From Auanema rhodensis (taxonomy: Eukaryota; Animalia; Nematoda): DNA of 64,000 nt. The stretch's first letter is position 1. Each line of letters begins with the position of its first letter. The stretch is from the NCBI GenBank assembly GCA_964057225.1, contig OZ059896.1:11408001-11472000 (forward strand). Reading direction: 5' to 3'. This document shows positions 36,790-47,375 of the stretch, piece by piece. The notes beneath the pieces were generated by a model. It was not told the origin of the DNA and did not search any database. It saw nothing but the letters and a program-made list of their open reading frames with translations. A program made the translations under genes and the position numbers.

Positions 36790-38126
36790 TTACAAACTGG
36801 TATCAATATATGGAGCACGATTGTTGTCAATTGAAAGAATAGAGTCATATTCTGCATAAACAATAGCATATAAACCCTCTTGCGGCGTTTGTTGACCAAA
36901 TTCCAATTTCAGGGCCACATTACCTTGTCGTATAACATCAAATAACTCGGACGAGTGTACAGTCGGTGAAATATCAAATACAAAAAATGTGAAGCCGGTT
37001 TTATACATTGCTGGTGTAATACCATTGGATGAATCTGTACGACCAAGGCCCAAACCCTCCAACATATCAATATATGCTGTGGCATAGGAAGAACGCCATT
37101 CTAAATTAGAAGGGCGGGTAGGTATTACCCGATTGTTGAGCGTCAAGTATATATTTTTCAATTCAAACGGTTTAAAGTTGAATGGCGAATGTTTAAAAGT
37201 ACCATTATAGGCGTGTGCGCCGACAAGACCTACTACAACACGTTTCGGTGTATGCGACGTGAATAATATGTTATTGGGTGAATCCAAACGGCCTCCTTCT
37301 ATGAAATAAGAGCGCATTTTCACTGACGTCATGGGGTAGTGTATTCGTTCCTTTACAAGTTTATCTTCTATAGCCATAGCTAATCCAGCGTTTAGATCAA
37401 ACTCTTGAATAAGCAAGTGCACATCGTTGATATCTATTTTCAGGTTTGGAAACTCCTCCTTCATTGCAGCATCCTTGCTTTCATTATTCCATCCAAGTGT
37501 GTCAATTAAGAAATTATCACGGTTTGGATATGCAGTTAGCTCCATTTTTGAATAGTTTACAAACAGTCGTTCCTGATTGAATAAGTCGATACTGATGGGA
37601 GCAGGTATCTCACACAATATGCCATTTTTAACAAGCCCTTGTCGCGCTCTAAAGCCAGCGCCGGCTGCATTATCAATATATATCTATCCGCATAATAGCC
37701 TGATATGGCAAGTTTGCTCTCTTTAACATCGTTGCTATACATTAGAATATTCTCAATATATGTTTTGTAGGCATGATTTACGGTAGAGTCATGCACGCTA
37801 ACATCACCAATTTTTAAATGATACGAGTGTATCAAACTGGCTGCAAATTGTTGGCATGGTGCAAAAACAAGGTTGTCTGGTACTGGATCACCGTTTGTGG
37901 TTACAATTTTGAATTTTACATTCAACCAACACCTTCTCAGATTAAGAAATGATTTGGAATTTTGGGCTATAACAAATTCCCATTGTCCTTGAGGAAGAAA
38001 AGTATTTTTTAAAGGAACTTGTACAGTACGAGTGGATTCAACACCGAATGCCGACGCCGGTATGTCACTATAATTAATATTGGGTAAAAGTGCTTGTGCT
38101 GATTTTGAATCTATCAATTTAGCCAT
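36790..38126 (-). pseudogene. Major capsid protein of A, frameshifted
   Basis: 2 extra nt at about 37675 relative to D and B split the ORF. Confidence 0.88.
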
Positions 38127-38579
38127 TTAAATACGATACGACCGCTCACGAGTTATGCACAGACGCTTATGAGGTTTTGTGGTTTTGCGTCGTCGCCGCT
38201 TGCCCAAACCGGTAAGACCTCGTATAGCCTGCCGGCCGGCTGTTTTAAGAGTTTGCTTGATATTATCGCCCTTGAGCACCCCATCAACAATTTCATTGCT
38301 AGTTTTTAGCAACTGGCCGCCAAGAGGTGAATTTACAACTGGACTATTGCTTACAGCACTGGATAATGCATTCCTTCCAGCATTGATGAGATTTTGGGCT
38401 ATAGGTGATTGAATAATGCGTGGTAAAAACGATGCCAATGTTGCCAGTATACCACCCAGGCCATGACCTCTCTGCATACCACGTTGAAACATCATTCCAC
38501 TAAATGGCGCCCCACCCATTTGTTGATTCAAAAGTGTTGTCCATTGAATTGAGTTCAAGTCTAGAAGGAGGTGTGGCAT
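38127..38579 (-). CDS. Putative core precursor (A)
   Basis: Homolog of 26403-26855. Confidence 0.75.
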   Translation of the reverse strand: MPHLLLDLNSIQWTTLLNQQMGGAPFSGMMFQRGMQRGHGLGGILATLASFLPRIIQSPIAQNLINAGRNALSSAVSNSPVVNSPLGGQLLKTSNEIVDGVLKGDNIKQTLKTAGRQAIRGLTGLGKRRRRKTTKPHKRLCITRERSYRI

Positions 38580-38629
38580 ATTGAACCGCACGTGCGCAAT
38601 ACAAAAGTTACACTAGATCATTTTACTAA

Positions 38630-39085
38630 ATGTATTCGTCTGAAATAGCGTCACTATTGCGATCTGTCCGCATCACTCGAAAACTATTCCTCGGTGTATT
38701 TAGCGCGGATACTCTACCCAAAACACGTCGAAAGAACTTTGCACTTGTTGTAAATACTGACACACACGATAAACCGGGCACACATTGGCAAGTCATCTTT
38801 GTACGTAATGATCAAGCCTACTTTTTCTGTAGCTTGGGTTATAAAATGAACAAGTACATTCGTCATTATCTGGCCAAATATAAAAATGTAAAAGTTAATA
38901 CTTGCAAACCACAACGCATAATTGAATACACTTGTGGTGGTTATGCAATATTTGTAATACTAATGTTGTCAGCTGGTAATACATTTGAAAGCATTTGTTC
39001 ATTTTTTAAACTATTACAAAACGATGATGTCTTTATTAAAGCGTTTATGCATAAAGTATTCGACTATAAATTATCTAGCATATGA
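38630..39085 (+). CDS. Adenain-like protease (A)
   Basis: PGTHW and TCGGY. Confidence 0.9.
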   Translation: MYSSEIASLLRSVRITRKLFLGVFSADTLPKTRRKNFALVVNTDTHDKPGTHWQVIFVRNDQAYFFCSLGYKMNKYIRHYLAKYKNVKVNTCKPQRIIEYTCGGYAIFVILMLSAGNTFESICSFFKLLQNDDVFIKAFMHKVFDYKLSSI

Positions 39086-39131
39086 TCAACTTCGCCATTA
39101 AAACGTCACCTGCTACATTAGGTGGTCAGTT

Positions 39132-39302
39132 ATGAATATTCCCTGTCACTGTGAATTATGTATAAGATACACGTTGGAACAATCTGTGCCAACACCCCTG
39201 TACAAAAAGATTTTGAAACGTATTTCAGTGCCATTCATTAAAGGAATATCTCTGGGACTAGGCTTTTGTACAACACTAGTCATTATTCCACTCATTATAT
39301 AA
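39132..39302 (+). CDS. 56-aa TM microprotein (A)
   Basis: MNIPCHCELCIRYTLEQ..GISLGLGFCTTLVIIPLII. Confidence 0.72.
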   Translation: MNIPCHCELCIRYTLEQSVPTPLYKKILKRISVPFIKGISLGLGFCTTLVIIPLII

Positions 39303-39343
39303 AAGTGAGTTGACTGTGTGTGGTTGTTTTTTATTTTCCTCTA

Positions 39344-39808
39344 ATGGAACTTTTATGTAACAAGTATTGTGTTACGTGCAAGGAAATATTTTCATCAGTC
39401 AAGCATTTTAGTGATCACGTATTAAAAAGACATGACGGGATTCAACCCGTATGTAACAGTTATATCAGCAATGCTGACTTTATTCAAAAATATGGACATT
39501 TGGATGGTGTTCGTAGACGTTTGTGCCCTTATTGTAGTGAAACTTTTGGAACAAGATTCAATTGTCAGCGTCATATTCGGCGTCTTCATAATAGTAATGG
39601 AACGAATGGTAAAGATGGTGATGGAAATGATACCAGCGAACCCTCTGAAAAAACTGAGGAGTTTGTACAGTCAACCGAACCAAAACGATGCCGCTGCAAT
39701 AGTAACCGAGAATATTCACAACACGAGCCGCGCATCGAACAAAACGGCGCTGAACTACCTTTTAAACCTTCGAAAATCGTAATGTGGTCTTGTATAACTG
39801 TTGAATAA
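39344..39808 (+). CDS. Double C2H2 zinc-finger protein (A)
   Basis: Homolog of 25178-25642. Confidence 0.8.
   Translation: MELLCNKYCVTCKEIFSSVKHFSDHVLKRHDGIQPVCNSYISNADFIQKYGHLDGVRRRLCPYCSETFGTRFNCQRHIRRLHNSNGTNGKDGDGNDTSEPSEKTEEFVQSTEPKRCRCNSNREYSQHEPRIEQNGAELPFKPSKIVMWSCITVE
39432..39782 (+). CDS. Overprinted membrane protein (A)
   Basis: Homolog of 25207-25554. Confidence 0.7.
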   Translation: MTGFNPYVTVISAMLTLFKNMDIWMVFVDVCALIVVKLLEQDSIVSVIFGVFIIVMERMVKMVMEMIPANPLKKLRSLYSQPNQNDAAAIVTENIHNTSRASNKTALNYLLNLRKS

Positions 39809-39813
39809 AACAT

Positions 39814-40671
39814 TTATTTCACATTTTTAACATGTAACGTAACAACTGTAGAACCATAATTAAATTGCATAGGGCGGCCAAATTCATCTAAAATTTCAAT
39901 ACGTATAGTATCGAGTGTTTGCTTAGTGATTGGTACATAACGAATAGGATTAAATGTTTTGGCAATCATTTTACCAAATTCGGTGGGAGGTGGTACAGGT
40001 AAACATGCAAGTAAATTAGCTTTCACATTACCGAGAATGGAATATTCTACAATATCACAATATATATACATTGTATTAATGTTATTTGAAAAATCAATGG
40101 GGCGCCTGGCTATTAACGTGTCGTTGATAATTTTATTCTCAAAGCCAAGAAAATATGCGAGAGCATCACCGAGTGTTGCATTCAATAATAGCCGCTTACT
40201 TGTTACAAACTCTATGCGTTGTAGTGTTTTGTTAAATCGAAACGTGGCGTCTGCCAGCATTTCCTTGACAAGTTTAGCCTCAGCTTGTCGATTATTATAC
40301 CACTTTTTCACATCTTCATCTTTATCTATCAAACCCTTTATACGTGCATCTTCCTCAGCTCCAAGAGGCTTAGTGCTGCTAGCAATAAATTGTTCTTTTC
40401 CAGCATTGATTCCGCGTATTATTTCATCACCATTTGCATAGTTACCTTTGGGCAAGTGCAGAATAAACTTTCTGTTGGAAAAACGTAGTGTATAAGAAAG
40501 ATTTTCTTGTACATTTAATATCGAACACGGAAAAATTATGTCTGTCAGCCCAATGCAATATCTGTTATTGCGTAGCCTTAATGTTTCAGGTAACCTGGTA
40601 AGAAACACTGATGAGGTATTACTTTTTTCAGAGTCAACTGATGACGGCAAAGTAATGTAAAAGTCATCCAT
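39814..40671 (-). CDS. Minor capsid protein (penton) (A)
   Basis: 285-aa homolog of 24315-25172. Confidence 0.88.
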   Translation of the reverse strand: MDDFYITLPSSVDSEKSNTSSVFLTRLPETLRLRNNRYCIGLTDIIFPCSILNVQENLSYTLRFSNRKFILHLPKGNYANGDEIIRGINAGKEQFIASSTKPLGAEEDARIKGLIDKDEDVKKWYNNRQAEAKLVKEMLADATFRFNKTLQRIEFVTSKRLLLNATLGDALAYFLGFENKIINDTLIARRPIDFSNNINTMYIYCDIVEYSILGNVKANLLACLPVPPPTEFGKMIAKTFNPIRYVPITKQTLDTIRIEILDEFGRPMQFNYGSTVVTLHVKNVK

Positions 40672-40750
40672 CAGAGACCACCACCTGATGCGTGCACACT
40701 AGTATAAATGAAATCATTTGCATTATAGGTACATTTACGAGTGGTTGATT

Positions 40751-41398
40751 ATGGTTTTCAGCTTCAAACAACCCAGTCAGACAACTGTAATAGGGGCAAC
40801 GCAATGTGGTAAAACTACCCTTATAAAACGTATATGTGAAAATACTGAAAAGTTTTTCAACGTCCCCATTGATAGAATATTCTGGTTCAGTCAATGTGGA
40901 GCATCGTCAGGTGTTCCATTAAATGATGAGCGTTTAATAGTTATTCAAGGACCACCTGATCCGGATATAATAAAAGAGCAAAAGGGAGTAAACACCATAC
41001 TAGTGCTGGATGATTTGATGAATTTTTTCTCATCGAATAAAGCGGCTAAAGAATTACTCAACAACATTTTTACAGTGTGGGCACATCACTGGAATTTGGC
41101 AGTGTTTAATCTTGTGCAAGCTGCATTTCAGCTAGACAGGACCAGTCGAATTAATAGTACATATATAATACTGATGAAAAGTCATTCGGATATATTACAA
41201 ATACGTAATTGTCTGCAACAATTATTTGGCCCCCGCTTTAAAAATGCTCTAGAAGCATATGATGATGCAATGTCTACACCCTATAGTCATTTACTGATTG
41301 ACAACCATCCTTTAACAAATGAGAAACAGCGTATACTATCAGATATAACAGCGGAGCACCCTATTGTTTATGTAGCCAGAAATATATTCAGTGTTTAA
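40751..41398 (+). CDS. Packaging ATPase (A)
   Basis: GATQCGKT and ILVLDD. Confidence 0.92.
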   Translation: MVFSFKQPSQTTVIGATQCGKTTLIKRICENTEKFFNVPIDRIFWFSQCGASSGVPLNDERLIVIQGPPDPDIIKEQKGVNTILVLDDLMNFFSSNKAAKELLNNIFTVWAHHWNLAVFNLVQAAFQLDRTSRINSTYIILMKSHSDILQIRNCLQQLFGPRFKNALEAYDDAMSTPYSHLLIDNHPLTNEKQRILSDITAEHPIVYVARNIFSV

Positions 41399-41410
41399 TG
41401 TGCATGTTCA

Positions 41411-41719
41411 ATGAGTGGTCGTATTTTGTCAAATTACAACTTTTTATCTTCTTGTGCCAAAACCCCTTGTTCTGTTTCCTCATTTTCTTTTTCACAAATT
41501 GAAATTATTGTTGAAATTGTATTTAATATTGTGAAAAATAATAATTTTCTCTTAACTAACAAGGAATATAAAACCCTTTTGCCCATATCCTCATTATTAC
41601 GTCAAATAGCTTTGATACGCACACCCGAAAAGGCTAAAACTTTATTGGCAACGATTTCACACAAACAATTGAAAACAATAGTTTCATGCGGAATTGCTTA
41701 TTTTGGTTTTAAAAGATGA
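41411..41719 (+). CDS. Conserved Polinton hypothetical protein, 102 aa (A)
   Basis: Homolog of 23267-23575. Confidence 0.8.
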   Translation: MSGRILSNYNFLSSCAKTPCSVSSFSFSQIEIIVEIVFNIVKNNNFLLTNKEYKTLLPISSLLRQIALIRTPEKAKTLLATISHKQLKTIVSCGIAYFGFKR

Positions 41720-42447
41720 AACTCAATCATAAATATCGTCTAATCCCTGTTGATGACGCTGAATATAGACAAGTTTGATGCTGAATTGAAGCTCTTACGA
41801 GAGAATAAATCTATACCCGATTATAAAAAGGCTGAACTATACGAAGACTTGATTACCCGTCTCAAAAACTATAGAGAAAGCATAGATGCGCCTATATCAG
41901 TACAAGTGGAAAATGCTGATCCACCATTATTGCCAGAATACAAGCTGCCACGAAAGTATAACGATCTGTGGGAAAGATTTCCAGAGGTGCGTACAAACAA
42001 AAATAACCAACTTGTGATTAATAATGAGCCCGTACCAAACACAAATATTACAAAAATTTTGGATTTTGTACTGGATAAAACAAAGACGGAACCCAATGGA
42101 TTCTCAGTATTAGCCAAATTCTTAGCCAGTAATGGGGTCTCTAGCCTAACAAGAAGGCAAAAAATGTAGAGCCTGCCGTCAGTAACAAGGATTCAGTTGA
42201 TCCCGTGCCTACATCCACATCGGCTGTCACAGACTTGGATGCTACTATTAATATATTACCTAGAACACCACGTCATCGTAAGGCTGTTATTCGATATTCA
42301 CCCTCTCCGCGTCGTACATTCAAATCCAAAGCTATAAATAAAAAGGCAAAACCCGCTGACACTGGTGAATCATATTACACACCTCAGGCGGGAGAAACAC
42401 AGAATGGCAAAGGCCGTAAACGATTCTACATTAGATTATGGAAGTAA
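41716..42447 (+). pseudogene. Homolog of the 238-aa protein, frameshifted (A)
   Basis: Frame breaks at about 41755 and about 42150-42200 relative to B. Confidence 0.8.
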
Positions 42448-43471
42448 TGTTTTGGAGAACATTTATTATAATATTAAGCATCCAGCTTCTTATACGTCTG
42501 CCAAAAATCTATTATTGGAAGCGCGAAAGCATGGCATCGCAAAAGCACAAGTTGAAAGTTTTTTGCAAGACTCTGAAACTTTTACACGTCATAAACCAAC
42601 GAGACTGCATATGCAGACTAAAAAGACTAGAGGCTGTGGTCGATTCCTAACAATGCAAGCAGATTTGGTTGATATGCAAAAATATAAAAAATCAAATGAC
42701 GGCTATGCTTACATGTTGACCATGATTGATGTTTATACACGCATGTTATATGTTAGGCCTTTGAAAACTAAAGGTGGTTTAGAGGTTGCTACTGCATTTG
42801 AAAATGTATTCAAGGATTTTATACCAATCCAACTGATAACGGATAACGGTGCAGAGTTTTATAATAGTCATTGTGAAAAACTATTCAAAACATTTGCCAT
42901 ACTGCATGGATCAACAAGTTCACCACAAAAGGCGGCAATGGTGGAGCGAGCAAATAGAACTTTAAAAACGCGCATGATGAAATATCTCTATTACAAGAAT
43001 AATCATCGATGGATTGATATACTAGATGACTTGGTCGAAGGAATAAACAAATCTTATAATCGGTCGATTAAAATGCGCCCCGTAGATGTTACAGCAAATA
43101 TATTCGTTGAAGAATATGCACCAGCTGTTCGCAACCGATTCAAAATTGGTGATAATGTTCGCATAAGCAAGAACAGGCGTACTTTTGAAAAAAGTTACGA
43201 GTCTGGATATACAATGGAACTATTCACAATTGATGAGATTGTAGCCGGGAACCCAACCGTGTATAAACTTGTAGATTATAATGGTGAACGTATAAAGGGA
43301 ATATTCTATGAGCCTGAACTTGTGTTGGCTACTAATAAAAACAACCAGTACTATATTGAGAAAGTTTTGAAAGAGCGTGCACGAAATGGTAAACGCCAAG
43401 TATTTGTAAAATGGAGTGGCTATCCCGACAACTTTAATGAATGGATAGATGCAGAAAATTTAAATGTATAA
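42404..43471 (+). CDS. rve integrase with chromodomain (A)
   Basis: Intact DDE and chromodomain motifs. Confidence 0.94.
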   Translation: MAKAVNDSTLDYGSNVLENIYYNIKHPASYTSAKNLLLEARKHGIAKAQVESFLQDSETFTRHKPTRLHMQTKKTRGCGRFLTMQADLVDMQKYKKSNDGYAYMLTMIDVYTRMLYVRPLKTKGGLEVATAFENVFKDFIPIQLITDNGAEFYNSHCEKLFKTFAILHGSTSSPQKAAMVERANRTLKTRMMKYLYYKNNHRWIDILDDLVEGINKSYNRSIKMRPVDVTANIFVEEYAPAVRNRFKIGDNVRISKNRRTFEKSYESGYTMELFTIDEIVAGNPTVYKLVDYNGERIKGIFYEPELVLATNKNNQYYIEKVLKERARNGKRQVFVKWSGYPDNFNEWIDAENLNV

Positions 43472-43768
43472 TTTTTCACTGTTGTTGTAAACAATTGTAT
43501 TAATAATAAATGATTTATTTGATCAATCGTTCATATTGTAACAATAAAAAACCAGCAAAACATAAAAGCCAAGACAATGATATAACCTATAATTATAAAC
43601 TGATTAATATTTAAATTTTTAATGCTTACCAGTTGGTTAGAGAGTCGGCTGTTGATGGATAATTTCAAACTTCGAAAGCTGGAAAAAAAAATGTTACGGC
43701 TAAGAAAATTTAAATATAACATAACAAAATCAACCAACTGTCCATTAAACAGTTTGTGCTTGTTGTAG

Positions 43769-44362
43769 TCAAAACGATGGATCAAAACGGATAAGCATAT
43801 TCAAGTTGAGCGCCTGTTGACTTAATTTAAAGTAGAACACATTCTGCTTATAACCAAAAGACTTGACAGTTGACTCATCAGTATAAATGGCAATGTAACC
43901 CATATTATTCAACAATTGTTTTGATGACATGCTAGAATAGGAACGCATCTGTAAAAGAAAAAATAATAATTAGAATTAATAATTTTATAATCTCACATTG
44001 ATTGTTGAATTTTCAGGTTTATAATGACGGAAAACTTTTAAAAGCCCTAAGGCATCATTCCTCGCTCTACACTTGACACAGAGGCTGAAACAGTGGTACT
44101 CGTCTACGACTTGCAATGTATCCCTACAAGTTTTGCAGAGACATATTGGTCTCATAACTACAGGCTGTTGTGGAGAGCTATCCTTTGAGATTTGTACCTG
44201 CTTTTTTGGTGTGTCTAAACAAAAAATAATTAATAACAAAAATAAAACCTTACCAAAGAATGTGGCAGCAAAGTTGGGTCCTGGTGTGGGTGGTCTTGGA
44301 ACATCCGGTTCCGGTGTCGAAGGTACAATATTCTCTACATCAACAAGAGCGGAACGCTTCAT
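43769..44362 (-). CDS. Spliced D-box/Cys-cluster protein (A)
   Basis: MKRSALVDVEN..RPICLCKTC..HCFSLCVKC..FKLSQQALNLNMLIRFDPSF; three exons as in B. Confidence 0.75.
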
Positions 44363-44460
44363 GTTTGTAGCCCAATTGGAGGCTTTTCCTAAACAACAAC
44401 GAACTTTTACGTCTAGGGTCCAAGTAGAGTAGAGGAAAGTCCTAGCAGCAGTCTGTTGAC

Positions 44461-44584
44461 GTTGGATCAGATCGTCGGCTTGTTGGCAGAGGTGGATCGG
44501 CGAGAAGACTTGGTGGCGGAGCTGGATCGGAGAGTAGACTTGTTGACAGAGCTGGATCGTAGAGTCGACTTGTTGGCGGAGCTG
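44461..44584. repeat. 30-bp tandem repeat, about 4 copies
   Basis: gctggatcggagagtagacttgttgacaga-like units. Confidence 0.85.
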
Positions 44585-45246
44585 AAATGCAAATTTCGGT
44601 CTAAAAAATTTTGCCACCTTTTATACAAACTTTGTTGTAAAGCTCTACCCACTCCGCCTCTTTCACAAAACAGTTGACTGCTGTATGCGGCTTTTCTATT
44701 TGTTATATATTACAACAAATATATGCATTTATACATTAATTAGCAGTTTGTTGCGCAAACAGCTGCCAAATGCGCTAAAATACACCGATTGCGCCAACAG
44801 TTGCCGGATTAACAACCTGTAAACTATCCGCTTATTAATTACTTGTTACAGCATTCGATTTCGTAAATCCAAATATTTAACAATAATTCAACTCATTTGT
44901 GACAAGTCCTTATACAATAACAACTGTCAGCCAAAATTGTGGAATATTACAATAGGATCGTTTAATATTGTATTCATATTCTTATTATAACAGCTGTGGT
45001 ACACTCTTATTTTTATAGTTTAGGAAACACTAATTCAAAATGTTGGATCCTTCTGAGGAAACGCAGTATTGTTGCGAAAAACAGACTTGTACACATCCGA
45101 TTACAAGTACAACATTTCCAGACACTTTGTAAAAAAGAAACTCTTACAAAATGTTAACACATGTTCTAATTTTAAATGAAAATTTATTGTTCAATAAATA
45201 TATTACGAAACATTTATTCTATTCTTGAACATAGTTATGAAATACA

Positions 45247-47375
45247 TTATTTATTTATTTATTTATTCGTTCTATATCACAGATTCTTGATAATCAAAAG
45301 CTTATTGTGAACGTAGGTATACTGCGAAAAAGCATCTTACAATATGAACTGGGGAAAGTAAATTAAAAATTACAATCAGAAAAATTAGAAAAAGGATGAA
45401 AGTGGTAAATAGTTGTATAATAGAATAGACTAGAATACAAGAAATATAACATAACGATATTGAAGCATATGAAATTCTATTACTATTTCTTAGCAGTTTG
45501 TGAAAACAAAAACAGATTATGTTCAGCAAAGTTTGATGAACTGACTCTTTAAATATAGCTGATCAGGTGCGGTGGAACTCAGAAATGAGTCAAGCCCGTT
45601 CTAATAGCAAAGAGAAAAACTGTTACTCATTGCTACGACTGATGTTGATACAGTATAGATGACAGTAGCAGTCTGGCAGAAAAAAAAAGTAAGAAAAGAA
45701 CCTTGTATGTTAATTGAAAAGAAAACGATGATACAGATTAAAAAAAAAAAAATAATGGTCACGATAAAATATGAGACAAGATATGTTTCCGGAAAGAATG
45801 TTTTGTACGAAGGCTGACTATGGCTTCAGGAAGAGAGTTCCATAGATTTACAGTTCTGTATTCAATTCCATTCCTTGTTTCTGTCCTCCATAGAGTAGGA
45901 TGAGCTAGATTCCATTGGTGTCTGCGCAGAGAATTCAGATTCTTGATAATGAAAAAAGATTGTGAGTTTCCTGTGGCTTCTATTGTTATATGAGCAAAAT
46001 AGAACAATAGATCAGAAAGAACCCTCCTAGTTATCAGATCTTCAGTTTCAAGATAAGATAGCTGATCTTTGTAAGTTAGGTCAAGACCGGCTCGGCCAAA
46101 GATTGCTTTAAAAAACTTTTTCTGAACTTTTTCTATTCGTTGTTTGCCTGCAATGTTCTGTGGTGACCAGATAACTGATCCATATTCAAGTATGGGTCGG
46201 ACGTAACAGCTGAAAAGTTTGAACAATAATTTAGGACATTTAGAGTAGAAACAACGGAGAATAGTTCGGCATTTGACGGCCGCAATACTACAAATTGAAT
46301 TAATGTGTTTTTCGAAAGACAAGTTATTTTCCGTCCAAATACCCAGATCTTTGTATGCAGATACTATAGAGAGAGATGAATCGCCAAAAGTGAAATTAGT
46401 AATGTTGTGATAATTAGATGATTTGTTAGAGACAATCATTACTTTAGATTTTTCGGTGTTGACTTTCATTTTGTTATCATGACACCATTTGTAAAGAGAA
46501 TTAAGAGCATTTTGAAGGCTCTCAGGGTTACAACTATGAAGTTTTAGATCATCAGCATATAAAATGGGATGAACATCGGATGTGAATAAGGAAGTTATGT
46601 CGTTTATGTAAAACAGAAACAGTAGAGGGCCAAGAACCGTTCCTTGAGGAACCCCACATGTAAGACTAACAGGGTCGGATAGACTTTTGTTGATGAGTAC
46701 AGAGTAAGAACGGTTTTGGATAAAAGATCCAAGAAAATTAAGAAGAGACCCACGAATTCCAATAGATTTCAATTTTGCAAAGAGAATGGAGTGATCAATG
46801 AGATCGAATGCTTTTGAGAAATCAATAAACGCAACAAAAACTGTATTTTTATCATCAATAAGTGATCTCCATTTGATATGGCTGGAAACAAGGGCTGTTA
46901 CAGTGCTGCGTTTAGGAAGAAAAGCGTGCTGAACATTGGAAATGCTGCCCGAGGATACACCAAAATGAAGAAGGGGAGATCGAATAAGTCGTTCAAAGAC
47001 TTTAGATAAACTTGGGGTTAGTGAGATTGGACGGTAATTAGAAGGATCAGAAGGGTTGCCTTTCTTGAAAACCGGACGTATCCAAGCTGTTTTCCAGTCA
47101 GGAGGACAAGAAGAAAAAACAAGGAGGTTATGAAAAATAAACGAGAGAGGATTGCAGAGGGTGCCTGCACATTGTTTGAGAAAGTAGTACGGAATTCCAT
47201 CCGGAGAAGTAGATGCGCGCGAAGGAAGGTGAGAAAGAATGTTGAAAACCTTTTCAGGGGAGATGTCGATGAAGTCAATGACTGATGGAGAGTAATTGAG
47301 AAGATGAGAGTAAGTGGAAGATGAAGAGGATTTGACAGCAAAGACGGAGGAAAAAATTTCAGCTTTGTCTACGTC
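45247..47375 (-). mobile_element. Non-LTR retrotransposon (CR1/L2-like), 3' portion; interrupted by Maverick C
   Basis: RT ORF, a 3' UTR of about 500 nt, and a (TAAA)n tail at 45247-45267. Confidence 0.9.
45759..47375 (-). CDS. LINE reverse transcriptase (5' part displaced)
   Basis: NYRPISL, FIDFSKAFD, GVPQGTVLGPLLF, YADD, KDLG and YVRPILEY. Confidence 0.92.
   Translation of the reverse strand, partial: DVDKAEIFSSVFAVKSSSSSTYSHLLNYSPSVIDFIDISPEKVFNILSHLPSRASTSPDGIPYYFLKQCAGTLCNPLSFIFHNLLVFSSCPPDWKTAWIRPVFKKGNPSDPSNYRPISLTPSLSKVFERLIRSPLLHFGVSSGSISNVQHAFLPKRSTVTALVSSHIKWRSLIDDKNTVFVAFIDFSKAFDLIDHSILFAKLKSIGIRGSLLNFLGSFIQNRSYSVLINKSLSDPVSLTCGVPQGTVLGPLLFLFYINDITSLFTSDVHPILYADDLKLHSCNPESLQNALNSLYKWCHDNKMKVNTEKSKVMIVSNKSSNYHNITNFTFGDSSLSIVSAYKDLGIWTENNLSFEKHINSICSIAAVKCRTILRCFYSKCPKLLFKLFSCYVRPILEYGSVIWSPQNIAGKQRIEKVQKKFFKAIFGRAGLDLTYKDQLSYLETEDLITRRVLSDLLFYFAHITIEATGNSQSFFIIKNLNSLRRHQWNLAHPTLWRTETRNGIEYRTVNLWNSLPEAIVSLRTKHSFRKHILSHILS

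Larger units (their letters stand above)
13634..45246 (+). mobile_element. Maverick/Polinton element A (subfamily A), interrupted by element B and, near its right end, by a LINE; decayed
   Basis: Terminus AGTAGAGAGCTATGCCGAATTT and a full gene set. The pPolB resumes at 34835 after the TSD. The right TIR is not in the window. Confidence 0.92.

Noticed and set aside
19076-45246. Giant inverted duplication or assembly artefact explaining mirrored gene order
   Set aside because: The mirrored sets are diverged subfamilies, and B has its own TIRs and a perfect TSD.
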